Source: Clostridiaceae bacterium
Lineage (GTDB): Bacteria > Bacillota > Clostridia > Saccharofermentanales > DTU023
Direction: 5' to 3'
DNA length: 64,000 bases
Assembly: GCA_012519085.1 (NCBI GenBank)
Contig: JAAYQX010000005.1
Coordinates: forward strand, 596-64,595
Position numbers and translations under genes: made by a program. This document shows, piece after piece, positions 28,210-38,489 of this stretch (the stretch's first letter is position 1; each line of letters starts with the position of its first letter). Below the pieces are notes generated by a model. It made no database searches. It saw only the letters and a program-made list of their open reading frames with translations, and had not been told where the DNA came from.

Positions 28210-30480
28210 TTATTTTGGATTATAGACAATATCCTTCGGCTCAACACCGAAATACTCGCACAGTATTCGATAAGAAATTTCGGCTGAGAGATCTCCGTAT
28301 GAAGCATCCCTAATTACATGTGCAATTGCTATTTCAGGGTCATCAGCGGGGGCAAAACAGGTAAATACTGAATTGATTTTGAAATTTCTATTTTTCCCCC
28401 CAACTTCAGCCGTTCCCGTTTTAGCCGCAACTTTGACTGGAAAATCGTGGAAGAGTTGATGGGTATAACCTGAACCGGCATGTGTAACCAGCAGCATACC
28501 CTTAGTAATAAGTTCAATATTGCTAGGGTCAATGTCAAGCTCCTGAGCATGGATCTGTTCTGCTCTAAGTAGGCTGCCATCAGGGGCTATAATATCCCCA
28601 ATCACATGAGGCGTCATTAGCTTTCCACTGGCAATGCCTGCAATGCCTCGTGCCATCTGTAATACGGTATAGCTGTGATCAAACTGTCCTATTGCAGTTT
28701 GAGCTGTATCCGCAGGGAACCACTGCTTATCGCCGGCATCAGACCTTAATAGACGTTTTAATTCACGGCTAGGCCTGATGCCCGGGACTTCTCCTGGCAG
28801 ATCAATGCCACTGAGCTCACCATAACCTAATTTTTGTGCCCAAGCGCTAATATTGTCGATCCCTGTAGCAATGCCCAGCTTGAAAAAATACAGATTGCAT
28901 GAATACCTAATAGCTTCAGTCAAAGGAATGCTGCCGTGTCCATAAGTCGGTCTTGTTAAGCAGCGCCACCAGATTTTGGCAATTTCCTCGTAGCCAAGGC
29001 AAGTAAAATTGTTGCTGGCAGTGGTAATAGTTCCGGTTTCCAAGCCCGCTATACTGGTCACAATTTTGAACACCGATCCTGGTGTATAGTTTTCAGATAT
29101 TGCTTTGTTGAGCAATGGCTTGCCGGTATTATCTTGTAAATACTCCCTGACTCTGACAGCTGCACCAATGTCATATAATTGCATAATAAAATCATCAGGA
29201 TTATAGTCCGGCAAACTGACCATAGCTAATATCGCACCGGTTTTGACATTGAAAACAACAACCGCACCGCTGGGAGCAGCATATTGATCCTTGGTCAATA
29301 CGCCATTGCGCAGATCCTCCATATTCTTTTGCAAAGCGTCCCTGGCGACCTTTTGCAAATCCGGTTGTAAAGTCAAAAACACTTTATTACCGCTTTGAGG
29401 CTCGACTCCGTATGCGCCCGGATAGTAATATGCTTCACCATTTTCACCGGACCATTTATTGAAGGTCTGCAACCCGTCTTTACCTTTGAGATAGCGTTCC
29501 GCGCTGGCTTCAACTCCGGCTTGCCCGATTAGATCAGATGTCTTGTAGCCCTGCCCCCGTAAGGAATCATACTGACTTTCACTAATGCGGCCGATATAAC
29601 CCAGAACATGAGGTAAAGTGCTTGCATAAGAGGTATATACTCTTTGCCACTCTTTAGTAGAGAGAACACCAAAATAACGTTGATTCTGTCCTTCAATAGT
29701 GCGCAATACATCTTCATTAACATTAGAAGCTAAACGAATTGGCTTTCTTTGTGACCATAGCCAATTATTTTCCAGGATAAGATATCGCAACTGCATGATC
29801 TGATAGGCTTCCCGGTCGGAAAACAGTCTACTGGAACCTGATTCACGGTCTTCGATTTTAAAATAATCATAGAGGAGCCATTCAAAAAACTGACCCGGAT
29901 CTTCAATGACAATTCGCTGTTGTTCCCGCTTGGTCTTAGCTTTTTCAGGCAAAATCATATTGAAAAGATCTTTATTCTGTTGCCAGCGCAGAATCTTTTC
30001 GGGACTTTGTTTGAAGGCAAAACTAATATCACCTTGTTCAGATGCAGGACCGGTTTCCGTCGGTCCAAAATATTGATCCAGTGTGCTTTCAGAATTAATT
30101 TCATGTTCCGCCAATAGATTCGAGATATCCAGCAATACCTGATTTAACTGTGGGGCGGATAAGTCGGACTGAACCAGCCATAAGACATTGCTTTCTTTAT
30201 TAGTCGCAATTACAGTACCATCCGCAGCGACAATATCTCCCCGCGGTGCTGTCAGGATTATCTCTGTTTCGCTGCCGGAAGTTAAATTAACAGTTGCAGC
30301 ATGTGTCCCACCCAGCAGCACGAATCCGGTTCTGATCAGAATCGCTGTCAATGCAATCAGAAAAAATGCCAATACTAAGGCAGTCCTATTGAAGAAAATT
30401 TTATAAGCCGGATTGGCACTTTCTTTATGGTGTTTTTTTTGCTTCCGTTGCCGGATTCTCTGGACAATATACTTAAACAT
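28210..30480 (-). CDS. mrdA: Penicillin-binding protein 2 (elongation-type class B PBP)
   Basis: The start is moved to the ATG at 30480 (MFKYIVQRIR...). It has an N-terminal TM helix, a dimerisation domain and transpeptidase motifs SVFK (SxxK), SCN (SxN) and KTGTA. Confidence 0.9.
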   Translation of the reverse strand: MFKYIVQRIRQRKQKKHHKESANPAYKIFFNRTALVLAFFLIALTAILIRTGFVLLGGTHAATVNLTSGSETEIILTAPRGDIVAADGTVIATNKESNVLWLVQSDLSAPQLNQVLLDISNLLAEHEINSESTLDQYFGPTETGPASEQGDISFAFKQSPEKILRWQQNKDLFNMILPEKAKTKREQQRIVIEDPGQFFEWLLYDYFKIEDRESGSSRLFSDREAYQIMQLRYLILENNWLWSQRKPIRLASNVNEDVLRTIEGQNQRYFGVLSTKEWQRVYTSYASTLPHVLGYIGRISESQYDSLRGQGYKTSDLIGQAGVEASAERYLKGKDGLQTFNKWSGENGEAYYYPGAYGVEPQSGNKVFLTLQPDLQKVARDALQKNMEDLRNGVLTKDQYAAPSGAVVVFNVKTGAILAMVSLPDYNPDDFIMQLYDIGAAVRVREYLQDNTGKPLLNKAISENYTPGSVFKIVTSIAGLETGTITTASNNFTCLGYEEIAKIWWRCLTRPTYGHGSIPLTEAIRYSCNLYFFKLGIATGIDNISAWAQKLGYGELSGIDLPGEVPGIRPSRELKRLLRSDAGDKQWFPADTAQTAIGQFDHSYTVLQMARGIAGIASGKLMTPHVIGDIIAPDGSLLRAEQIHAQELDIDPSNIELITKGMLLVTHAGSGYTHQLFHDFPVKVAAKTGTAEVGGKNRNFKINSVFTCFAPADDPEIAIAHVIRDASYGDLSAEISYRILCEYFGVEPKDIVYNPK

Positions 30481-31051
30481 TGCTCTCCCCCGGTTCAAAA
30501 CGGATCATTGGACCTCCGTAATCTCTATCAGACCTCGGATAAGGAGGCAAAATATAATGGACAATGATCAATATACCTGTCAAAACAAGGTTTTTCACAA
30601 TCAGCCAAGGTAAATTGCTACCCATTTTGCCCAAAATCCACAATAAATTTGTTCTAGGTTGAAAACTCTGACCTATAAAAACCAAAAATGCACCTATGAA
30701 CTGGAAGATGACAGTAGCTGCAATTACCATTAAGGCATAAAAAGCCAGGCGAAGTTTGCCTCTAACTACCGGTAGATATCCACTGCCCCAACCGAGGAGA
30801 AATGTACAGAACATACCTCCGCCAAAATAACGTCCGGCCAGATAATCCCGGAAAAAACCACTGACCAGACCAATGATTAAACCATCGCGAGGACCATATC
30901 CCATGCCTGTCAGGAGTGGAAATACTAATAGAAAGTCAGCTTGCAAGCCAAGAGAGCCCAGAAAACGACCGTCAAACTGAAGAGAAGTGCCAATAATAAT
31001 GGCCAATATATAGACTAGGGCAGGTCTGATGCGAGCTATAAAACTTTTCAT
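30473..31051 (-). CDS. mreD: Rod shape-determining protein MreD
   Basis: 192 aa, polytopic membrane protein. It lies directly downstream of mreC with an ATGA overlap, in the conserved position. Confidence 0.75.
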   Translation of the reverse strand: MKSFIARIRPALVYILAIIIGTSLQFDGRFLGSLGLQADFLLVFPLLTGMGYGPRDGLIIGLVSGFFRDYLAGRYFGGGMFCTFLLGWGSGYLPVVRGKLRLAFYALMVIAATVIFQFIGAFLVFIGQSFQPRTNLLWILGKMGSNLPWLIVKNLVLTGILIIVHYILPPYPRSDRDYGGPMIRFEPGESNV

Positions 31052-31908
31052 TCATTTTCTCCAATCAAAACAAAAACAACCGATCGATTTTCTTCGGGGG
31101 CACTTGGCTTAATAATTGCAGATTGGATAGCGCCGGTTTTGGAAAATCTTAATTCCTGAACAGTGCCAATAACCAAGCCGGGCGGGAAATGTCCACCTAC
31201 ACCGCTGGTTTTAACGATATCGCCAACTTTTAAAATTGACTGTCCGGAAATATTGTCCGCCAGACAGAGCCCTTGTGACCGTAGCTGAACATCGCCCCTT
31301 ACTCTCATATTAATGGCAGCTGTTCCCTCACCGACAACTGCGTTAATGGCAAATCCCTCATGAATTAGCGGCATCACTTTGGATGAGTTGACATCAGACG
31401 AATAGAGCCTGCCCAGAAGAAACGATCCCGCATCCACCACTGCATAAGAATTCTCAGGAGAAACATTAATGCCATCTTCCCGTCCCAGATTAATTCGATA
31501 GAGGTCAAACCAGCCGGTAAAACCGTCGGTTAAAATATAGCCGCCTTTGATTGTATAACGATCAAAGCGCGTCTTGATCTGAAGGGCATCTTTGAGATTC
31601 TCATACTGTTGTATGGCATCTTGATTCTGACTCAGTTCATGTGCCAGCCGAGCATTTTCCAGCTTAAGCCTTTCATTCTCCTGACGTATCTCCTCTGTGT
31701 CACGCAAAGAAGAAAACCAGCCGGAAACAGAACCGGCAACAGAGCGAAGGCCGCGATAAATTGGGTTAACCACCTTGGCAATAGGAGCAGTCAAAATAGA
31801 AAAAGGACTGGAATCAGGAATTGTGGACAACATCAATATGGCCAAAATAACTATGGCCAAAACAACTACAACTATGATGCGAGGTCCCTTACTTCTATTC
31901 ATATACAA
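31048..31908 (-). CDS. mreC: Rod shape-determining protein MreC
   Basis: 286 aa with an N-terminal TM helix, a coiled coil (EEIRQENERLKLENARLAHEL) and beta-barrel domains (...GDIVKTSGVGGHFPPGLVIGTV...). Confidence 0.88.
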   Translation of the reverse strand: MYMNRSKGPRIIVVVVLAIVILAILMLSTIPDSSPFSILTAPIAKVVNPIYRGLRSVAGSVSGWFSSLRDTEEIRQENERLKLENARLAHELSQNQDAIQQYENLKDALQIKTRFDRYTIKGGYILTDGFTGWFDLYRINLGREDGINVSPENSYAVVDAGSFLLGRLYSSDVNSSKVMPLIHEGFAINAVVGEGTAAINMRVRGDVQLRSQGLCLADNISGQSILKVGDIVKTSGVGGHFPPGLVIGTVQELRFSKTGAIQSAIIKPSAPEENRSVVFVLIGENE

Positions 31909-31995
31909 TTACTGCTATCACATTAGATAAAGTAAATTGTAACATTAGAAAGTCAGTTATGAACAGTGATCTGTCCGTAGCAGCAAATTACAGAG

Positions 31996-32688
31996 CTAGA
32001 TCAACCCCCGCTCTTTCATACTAACAGATTCATTGGAACCGATTATCAAATGGTCGAGTACAGGAATGCCCATCATCTCCCCCACTTCCATCAATCGCCG
32101 CGTAGATTCCAGATCAGCAGCACTGGGCTCGGCATCCCCGCTGGGATGATTATGCACCAGCGCAATGGCAGCAGCATTGGCCTTGACAGCTTCCCGAAAA
32201 ATATCCCTGGGAAAAACTACGGCAGCAGTAAGTCCGCCACGTGATATTTTTATTTTGCGAATCATTCTATGTCGTACGTCAAGCAAAATCACATGAAATT
32301 CCTCACGCGACAAATATCTTAATTCCGGTTCCATCAACTGAATAATATCCGCCGGCCTTTGCAAAACCGGTCTGATTTCTTCACGTCTGGAACTCAAATG
32401 TCGGTTGCCGAGTTCAAAAGCTGCCTTCAATCTGATGGCTCTGACACGTCCAATACCTTTGATGGCACACATTTCTTCCAGACTGGCTTCGTACAGACCT
32501 GTCAGCCCGGAAAAGCTTTTTAAAAGCTGATGGGCAATTTCCAGTGCTGTCCGGCCGGCCATACCGCTTTGAATCTGAATTGCTACCAACTCTGCATCCG
32601 ATAGCTCCCTGGGACCATATTGTTCCAATTTCTCATAGGGCCTTTCCAGTTCCTGCAATTCTTTCATCTTAAGTTTTTTTGACATCAT
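31996..32688 (-). CDS. radC: RadC-like JAB-domain protein (UPF0758)
   Basis: 230 aa with an HhH region and a JAMM motif (ALVHNHPSGDAEPSAAD). Confidence 0.9.
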   Translation of the reverse strand: MMSKKLKMKELQELERPYEKLEQYGPRELSDAELVAIQIQSGMAGRTALEIAHQLLKSFSGLTGLYEASLEEMCAIKGIGRVRAIRLKAAFELGNRHLSSRREEIRPVLQRPADIIQLMEPELRYLSREEFHVILLDVRHRMIRKIKISRGGLTAAVVFPRDIFREAVKANAAAIALVHNHPSGDAEPSAADLESTRRLMEVGEMMGIPVLDHLIIGSNESVSMKERGLI

Positions 32689-32739
32689 AAATCCTCCCTT
32701 TTATATCAGGAGCATGCAGTCAGATGGCATATCAGGAAA

Positions 32740-33774
32740 TCAAATTGTAGTTGCTTCGATCAGGAGCAGTTCCAGACCTAATAAATCATTAATCTGTCCC
32801 TGCTTAATACGCAAATCTGTTTGAAACATCAGCTCATAAATTGAAGCCAGCTGCTTTAGTTCAAATCTCTGTGCCTGAAGTCGCAGTTTCTTAGCAATAA
32901 AAGGTCTCAGTTTTAGCTTTGCAGCTAGAACACGACTGTCCCTTTCTGTAGCAGCTGCCAGCAATTGTCTGAGATGGCGATAGAGCATAAACAAAATCAA
33001 AGGTGCCGGTTCTTTTCTAGTCAGCAGTATATCCAATACTTGCAAAGCTTTGGCAGCTTGACCTGCAGATATGGCATCCGTTAAATCAAATATACTGCTG
33101 CGGTTATCCGGTCTTGCGACCAGGTCTACTAGTTGTAAAGTAATATTCTGTTCCCCGCTCCAACCCATATAGAGGAAAAGCTTTTCCAGCTCTGTCCGTA
33201 TCTCTCTCATCTGGCCTTCACAGCGTTCAATCAAACTATCAGCTGCTCCAGGTTCAATGGAAAGTCCTTGTCTGCGACAGCCTGCTGTGATCCATGCTTG
33301 CAAGGTTCTGCTGTCCTGAATGCTGATTTCAGCCCGGACACCCCCGGCTTTTTCCAGTGCCGACAACAGGCTTTTCTGGGATAGATTCGCTTTTGTCTCT
33401 ATAAAAACCAACACGGTGTTTGAGGGGAAATTCTCCAATAAAGCCTTGATTTGTTTGCGTTTTTCAGAGATTTCCGCCTTACCTGCCCCTGGCGCCGCTA
33501 CAAATAGATCCGTATCTTTTAGAATGACCATCTTTTTATCAGAGAGAAAAGGCGGCGTACGAATTTCCTGATCTATTCTCAAGGGATCAATATTCTGCGG
33601 GGCATGAGCAAAGTCAAGCTGGATCAAATCAAGATCACCCGCACCCGGAATAATCACGGTTTTGATCAAACTCTGAACCAGTTGTTGAATCAACCAATCC
33701 TCTTCGCCATAAAGCAAATAGATTGGACGGATTATACCGGCATCGATTTCTTTGCTTAATTTAGAATAAGACAT
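32740..33774 (-). CDS. holA: DNA polymerase III delta subunit
   Basis: The start is moved to the ATG at 33774 (MSYSKLSKEIDAGIIRPIYLLYGEEDWL...), the typical HolA N-terminus. Length 344 aa. Confidence 0.85.
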   Translation of the reverse strand: MSYSKLSKEIDAGIIRPIYLLYGEEDWLIQQLVQSLIKTVIIPGAGDLDLIQLDFAHAPQNIDPLRIDQEIRTPPFLSDKKMVILKDTDLFVAAPGAGKAEISEKRKQIKALLENFPSNTVLVFIETKANLSQKSLLSALEKAGGVRAEISIQDSRTLQAWITAGCRRQGLSIEPGAADSLIERCEGQMREIRTELEKLFLYMGWSGEQNITLQLVDLVARPDNRSSIFDLTDAISAGQAAKALQVLDILLTRKEPAPLILFMLYRHLRQLLAAATERDSRVLAAKLKLRPFIAKKLRLQAQRFELKQLASIYELMFQTDLRIKQGQINDLLGLELLLIEATTI

Positions 33775-36296
33775 GCGTTTTTCCTGCCCAACCATGTGCT
33801 AATCCTAACCTTATTCTGATCTACATGCAATCTGATTGCTCCCTCCTTATCCGTTCTTAATAACATCTGGTTGCCACTTTCTGCCAATCGCTCCAGCACC
33901 TCCGGCGCCGGATGTCCAAAGCGATTAATTCCCACTGAAACTACAGTTATAACCGGCCTTACCAGTTGCAAAAACTCGATACTGCTGGAATATTTGGAAC
34001 CGTGATGCGCCAATTTCAACAGCATACTGTTTAAATCCTCTCGGCACTCCCGAACTAAAATGCGTTCAACTTCATCAATGACATCCGCCGTCAAAAGCAG
34101 TGAAAAGTCTCGCCAGACGCATTTTATTACCAGGCAATCCCGATTGGGATCAGGCCGTGAATAACGGCTGACCGTCTTAATATTTGTTTCTGCAGGGGGA
34201 GCTAAATAATGCATTGTAATGCCGGTATCATTATCTTCACTACAATCATAATCTCCGGCCTCACGGAATAATATATTGACTTTTTGCTGATTACATAGAG
34301 ATATCAGCTCCGAAGCTAAATCCTGTTCTTGCCCCCACTTCAGCTCAGAATCCTGATTGTCCATAGCAGGCACTTTTGTACGCCAGCTGCCCGGCACAAT
34401 CACCTGCTCAACCATATTCTGTTCCAGCAGATCTAAAATACCGCCACAATGGTCGCTATGTCCGTGGGTAACAATGGCAGCAGATATCCTTGTTATGCCC
34501 CGGCTTCTCATAAAAGGAAGGACAACTTGATAACCCTGATCCCTTTCACCGCCATCGATCAAGATCACCGAATCCGCTGTGCGAATCAGACAGCAATCAC
34601 CTTGTCCAACATCAAGAAACCAGATTTCCTCATCTAGTGTTTGCGGTAAACTTCGTATGATAAGCGCCAACAGAAGAACAGCTGCGGCTATAGTTTCAAT
34701 CCTGCGGTTAGCAGCGGTCTTTCGGCGTTGTAATATAACTATCGACAAGATGAGCAATAGCATAATCATTAACTGTCCGCTCCTGCCCAGCTCGCCTTTG
34801 CCAATAAAGCCCCCTTTAGCACCGGAACCCTGCTCGCTTAAATATTTCAACAATAGGACAGGAAACTTCAGCAGTCGGGACCAGAGTTTAATCAGTATTT
34901 CGCCCAGGAATGGCAACACTTTGAGCAATGGACTAAGAAAAAATAAACCTACGAGGCCTCCGGCTGTTATTGCAGCTGCCGGAACACCAGCCAAAAGATT
35001 AATGGGGATTGCTTTGGGATTTAGGCCATTTTGCCAGAAGAGCAAAGGCAGTAAACAGGCAAACTGGGCGCAACAGGTAATAGTCAATAGCCTCAGCAGC
35101 CGGTACAATAACCGATCAATGCTAACTAAGATAAAGGCAAATATTGGGTTTTTGCATTTACTTACAATCTGTGGCTGAGTTATAAAATATTCAGACCTGG
35201 CAGACAGGCCCAGCCAGTTCAGAAATAGTTTGCCTCCAAGACGGATTCCTGCTGTGGCTGCCATACTGAGCCAGAAACCTCTTTGCATAGCACGGAAAGG
35301 ATCAAGAGCCAGCAAAATCAGTCCGGTAAAACCGAGTAAAGACAGTTCATCAAGATAGCGCGCTTTCAATCCGGCGTACCTACGCAGCAGCAACATTAGA
35401 GACGCCCTGCTGACTCCCGTGCGCCAACCGGTAACCGAACCAAAATATATCAGCAGCAGTAAAGTCCGGATATCTCGGGATCGTTTAGAACCAAATTTAA
35501 TCTGCCGCAAAGGCAGCAGCATAAAGCCCAGATGTGCCCCCGATACCGAAACCAAATGGATAAGACCACTCTCCATGAAAGCATGATTCTCCTGAACGGT
35601 CAGACCCTGTTTTTGTCCCAGACAAATGGCTGTAATGATGCCAACAGTATCCGGGCTTAAATATTGACGAAAAAACTTAGCTGCCCGGTTTTGCAAGACG
35701 ACCAGCAAATTGCGCCAGACAGCACCCAAAGTTGTTTTTTTGCCAATGATCCGGGGTGGGACTGTTAATTTAGTCTCTAGGAAGATAGCGCGATTTCGGA
35801 GCCAGGAACGGCGATCAAAACCACCGGGATTTCTCTGTCCCGATGGAATTTCCAGCCTGGCTTCTGTTTCTAGGCGATATCCGGCCTGGAGATATTTTGC
35901 CTGGCCCAGCACGGATACCAAGGGTCCACTATCTAATCTGAGAACTGCCTCACCCCAACCGGTTGTACCCATCAGAGCCGGCCGGATGATCGTCCCTTGC
36001 CAGCTGCCGTTGTACTGGCTCAGAACTTCAGACTTCTGACTCTCAACTAGAAATTCCCGCATTACCGGCGTACAGACAAGAAGTATGCCGGACACCGCTA
36101 AACTGAGAAAATGCCAATCAAGACCTATCCTTCTACCATAGGTACAGAATATTGCCAAAACCGCCACTAACAGTAGCAGACCGTAGCTTCCTACTGTGAG
36201 AGAATAAATAGCTGACAGCAAAGTAATGAATAGCACCGGGGCCGGGCGGCCGGCTTTTATCTTATCTGCTGCTATGTTTATATCCGCTTTTGCCAT
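33756..36296 (-). CDS. comEC: DNA internalisation competence protein ComEC/Rec2
   Basis: 846 aa with a polytopic competence domain and a C-terminal MBL domain (FLDVGQGDC..., VTHGHSDHCGG, ...LAHHGS). Confidence 0.92.
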   Translation of the reverse strand: MAKADINIAADKIKAGRPAPVLFITLLSAIYSLTVGSYGLLLLVAVLAIFCTYGRRIGLDWHFLSLAVSGILLVCTPVMREFLVESQKSEVLSQYNGSWQGTIIRPALMGTTGWGEAVLRLDSGPLVSVLGQAKYLQAGYRLETEARLEIPSGQRNPGGFDRRSWLRNRAIFLETKLTVPPRIIGKKTTLGAVWRNLLVVLQNRAAKFFRQYLSPDTVGIITAICLGQKQGLTVQENHAFMESGLIHLVSVSGAHLGFMLLPLRQIKFGSKRSRDIRTLLLLIYFGSVTGWRTGVSRASLMLLLRRYAGLKARYLDELSLLGFTGLILLALDPFRAMQRGFWLSMAATAGIRLGGKLFLNWLGLSARSEYFITQPQIVSKCKNPIFAFILVSIDRLLYRLLRLLTITCCAQFACLLPLLFWQNGLNPKAIPINLLAGVPAAAITAGGLVGLFFLSPLLKVLPFLGEILIKLWSRLLKFPVLLLKYLSEQGSGAKGGFIGKGELGRSGQLMIMLLLILSIVILQRRKTAANRRIETIAAAVLLLALIIRSLPQTLDEEIWFLDVGQGDCCLIRTADSVILIDGGERDQGYQVVLPFMRSRGITRISAAIVTHGHSDHCGGILDLLEQNMVEQVIVPGSWRTKVPAMDNQDSELKWGQEQDLASELISLCNQQKVNILFREAGDYDCSEDNDTGITMHYLAPPAETNIKTVSRYSRPDPNRDCLVIKCVWRDFSLLLTADVIDEVERILVRECREDLNSMLLKLAHHGSKYSSSIEFLQLVRPVITVVSVGINRFGHPAPEVLERLAESGNQMLLRTDKEGAIRLHVDQNKVRISTWLGRKNACLILN

Positions 36297-36382
36297 AGCA
36301 ACAGCTTGTCATAATTACGAATTCAAAATGAAGTAGAACAGTTGCCAAGACCTGTCACTGCCATTCAAAGCCCTACAATATA

Positions 36383-37027
36383 TCAGTCAGTTCTTTTAGC
36401 GCGGGCATTGATCAGTGAAGACAGAAACTGGCGCAGCTCGAGAATGCCACCGCCCTTCACCGCTGAGACGCCGGTGACAATGATAGCGTCTTCGTCAAGC
36501 GAAAATTTGGCGGCAATCAAATTTCTAACTAACTTTTTCTGCTCCAGCAGTTTCTGCCGGGATAATTTATCGCTTTTGGTCAGGACAACAGACCAGGGAT
36601 GGCCTAATGCCTGCAACCAATCCATCAATTGCCAATCATGGGCACCTGGTTTATGTCGGGCATCAAGTAGCAAAAGGATATGGGCCAACGGGCGATCACC
36701 CGTCAGATAATCATTCGTCAGGTCTGAATACTTGTCTCTTGCGTCCGATGAAACCTTGGCATAACCATAGCCGGGAACATCCACCAGGCGCAGAGCGTCA
36801 TCGACTTCAAAGAAGATAATCAGCCGCGTCTTGCCCGGTGTCTGGCTGGTATAGGCCAATTTTTTGCTGCCGGCCAAGGCATTGATCAAAGTCGACTTGC
36901 CGACATTTGACTTCCCGGTCAGCACAATTTCGGGGCGCGCAGGATCCGCTTGCGGGAACTGACTCACTGTACCGCAGGTAGCTAAAACTTTTGTCAATCT
37001 GAAATTGATCTCTTTTGTCATTGTCAA
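36383..37027 (-). CDS. engB: Ribosome biogenesis GTPase YsxC/EngB
   Basis: 214 aa with G1 GKSNVGKSTLINAL, G3 DVPGYGYA and G4 TKSDK. Confidence 0.92.
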   Translation of the reverse strand: MTMTKEINFRLTKVLATCGTVSQFPQADPARPEIVLTGKSNVGKSTLINALAGSKKLAYTSQTPGKTRLIIFFEVDDALRLVDVPGYGYAKVSSDARDKYSDLTNDYLTGDRPLAHILLLLDARHKPGAHDWQLMDWLQALGHPWSVVLTKSDKLSRQKLLEQKKLVRNLIAAKFSLDEDAIIVTGVSAVKGGGILELRQFLSSLINARAKRTD

Positions 37028-37126
37028 TCCTGTACCTGTTAATCAAAGGCGACACTGAACGGAACCGGCCCAATTTTTTGTAATTGTTAAACTTGTATCT
37101 AATTAGTCTCACTTTATTTGCTATCA

Positions 37127-37156
37127 TTGGAGTATTCATACTGCCATTGATATAAT
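37127..37156 (+). promoter_or_regulatory. Candidate extended -10 promoter of the tandem prs-like genes
   Basis: TTGGAG-18 nt-TATAAT with TG at -15/-14 (catTGaTATAAT), 36 nt upstream of the ATG. Confidence 0.5.
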
Positions 37157-37192
37157 GATTTTGTCCAGCATTAGGGAGGTAATATAGGTAAT

Positions 37193-38458
37193 ATGATGTA
37201 CTTTAATCTCACCGACTACCGACACCGGGTCTATAGCGATACGATGTTAGACTCGATCGGACCTATTGCCATGATCACGCACCAGCTTGACCCAACTCTT
37301 TCCTCACAGATTAACTATCATCTGGTCAAAAGACGCAAGGAGTATGTTGAGGCTGAGCCCGATCTCATCAATAGTGCCGGTTTTGCGCGCGATGATTATC
37401 GTATAAATGTCAATATGGATCGCTATGATTCCGGGGAAGGCAAGGTAACAGTCGAACAATCGGTGCGCGGCCATGATCTGTTCCTCTTTACCGATGTCCT
37501 CAACTATGGTCGAAAATACCAGCGCTATGGCAGCAGCGTGACTATGAGTCCGGATGAGCATTACCAAGACTTAGTCCGTCTGGTATTGACAACGCGTCCG
37601 ACTGCAGCACGCGTCAATGTCATCATGCCCTACCTTTATGAAGGCAGACGCTATAAAAGAAACGGCCGCGAATCACTGGACTGTGCTCAAATGCTGCAGG
37701 AACTGTTTGGCTTGGGCATTGACAACTTCATTACCTTCGACGCACATGATGGAAGAATCGCCAATGCTGTGCCCCGGAATAATTTCGAAACTTTCCCTAC
37801 TTCGGCCCAGATCCTGGCCACATTATTTGACGCATTCCCTGATATTAATCTGCATCCGGATCATTTTATTATTGTCAGCCCGGATGAAGACAGCATCAGC
37901 CGCTGTATTTTCTATGCCTCCACTTTGCAAGTACCGCTGGGCATCTTCTATTCCGACCGCAACTTCAGACGTGTAAACGGTCAAATTATTGAGGAATCTA
38001 CCAGAAAATATCTCGGTGATGATGTAACGGGAATGGATGTTTTGCTGGTTGATGATTTGATGGATACCGGCCTGACATTTTTGGAGTGCGCCTCCCATCT
38101 TAAGGCTCACGGCGCCAAAAGAGTATTCTGTGCCGCATCTTTCGTCCAATTCACCAAAGGCATCGATCATATGCGCCAGGCCTATACCAGCGGCATTATA
38201 AACGGTGTTTTTGCCACGGACATGGCCTACCGGGCGCCGCAAATCATAGCTTCACCTTGGTACTACGATGTCCCGATGGCAGAAGATCTGGCCTCGCTGG
38301 TAGATGCCTTAAATCACGACGCTTCCCTGTCTGCCCTGCTGGCCCCTGCCGACAGAATTGATAAGCTGGCCCGGAAACATCAGGAACGGTACCAGCAGCT
38401 ATACGCCAAAAAACAGCAATTAAGTTACGACCCAAGACAGCTCTCATTTGACATTTAA
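37193..38458 (+). CDS. Ribose-phosphate diphosphokinase (PRPP synthetase) family protein, long divergent form, copy 1 (probably degenerate)
   Basis: 421 aa with the Prs-type two-domain layout (...VRGHDLFLFTD...VIMPYLYEGRRYKRNGRESL...ITFDAHD...IIVSPDEDS...VLLVDDLMDTGLT...). RQDR reads RRYK, the flexible-loop KRR reads SDRN, and PD-G reads PDED. Confidence 0.7.
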   Translation: MMYFNLTDYRHRVYSDTMLDSIGPIAMITHQLDPTLSSQINYHLVKRRKEYVEAEPDLINSAGFARDDYRINVNMDRYDSGEGKVTVEQSVRGHDLFLFTDVLNYGRKYQRYGSSVTMSPDEHYQDLVRLVLTTRPTAARVNVIMPYLYEGRRYKRNGRESLDCAQMLQELFGLGIDNFITFDAHDGRIANAVPRNNFETFPTSAQILATLFDAFPDINLHPDHFIIVSPDEDSISRCIFYASTLQVPLGIFYSDRNFRRVNGQIIEESTRKYLGDDVTGMDVLLVDDLMDTGLTFLECASHLKAHGAKRVFCAASFVQFTKGIDHMRQAYTSGIINGVFATDMAYRAPQIIASPWYYDVPMAEDLASLVDALNHDASLSALLAPADRIDKLARKHQERYQQLYAKKQQLSYDPRQLSFDI

Positions 38459-38489
38459 TAATTTTATTCTGACCGCCGAGGAGGAAACA

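Noticed and set aside
36807-37139. 110-aa minus-strand ORF overlapping the 5' end of engB and the prs-like promoter region
   Set aside because: It is out of frame with and overlaps the well-supported engB start. The translation is low-information and it has no RBS.
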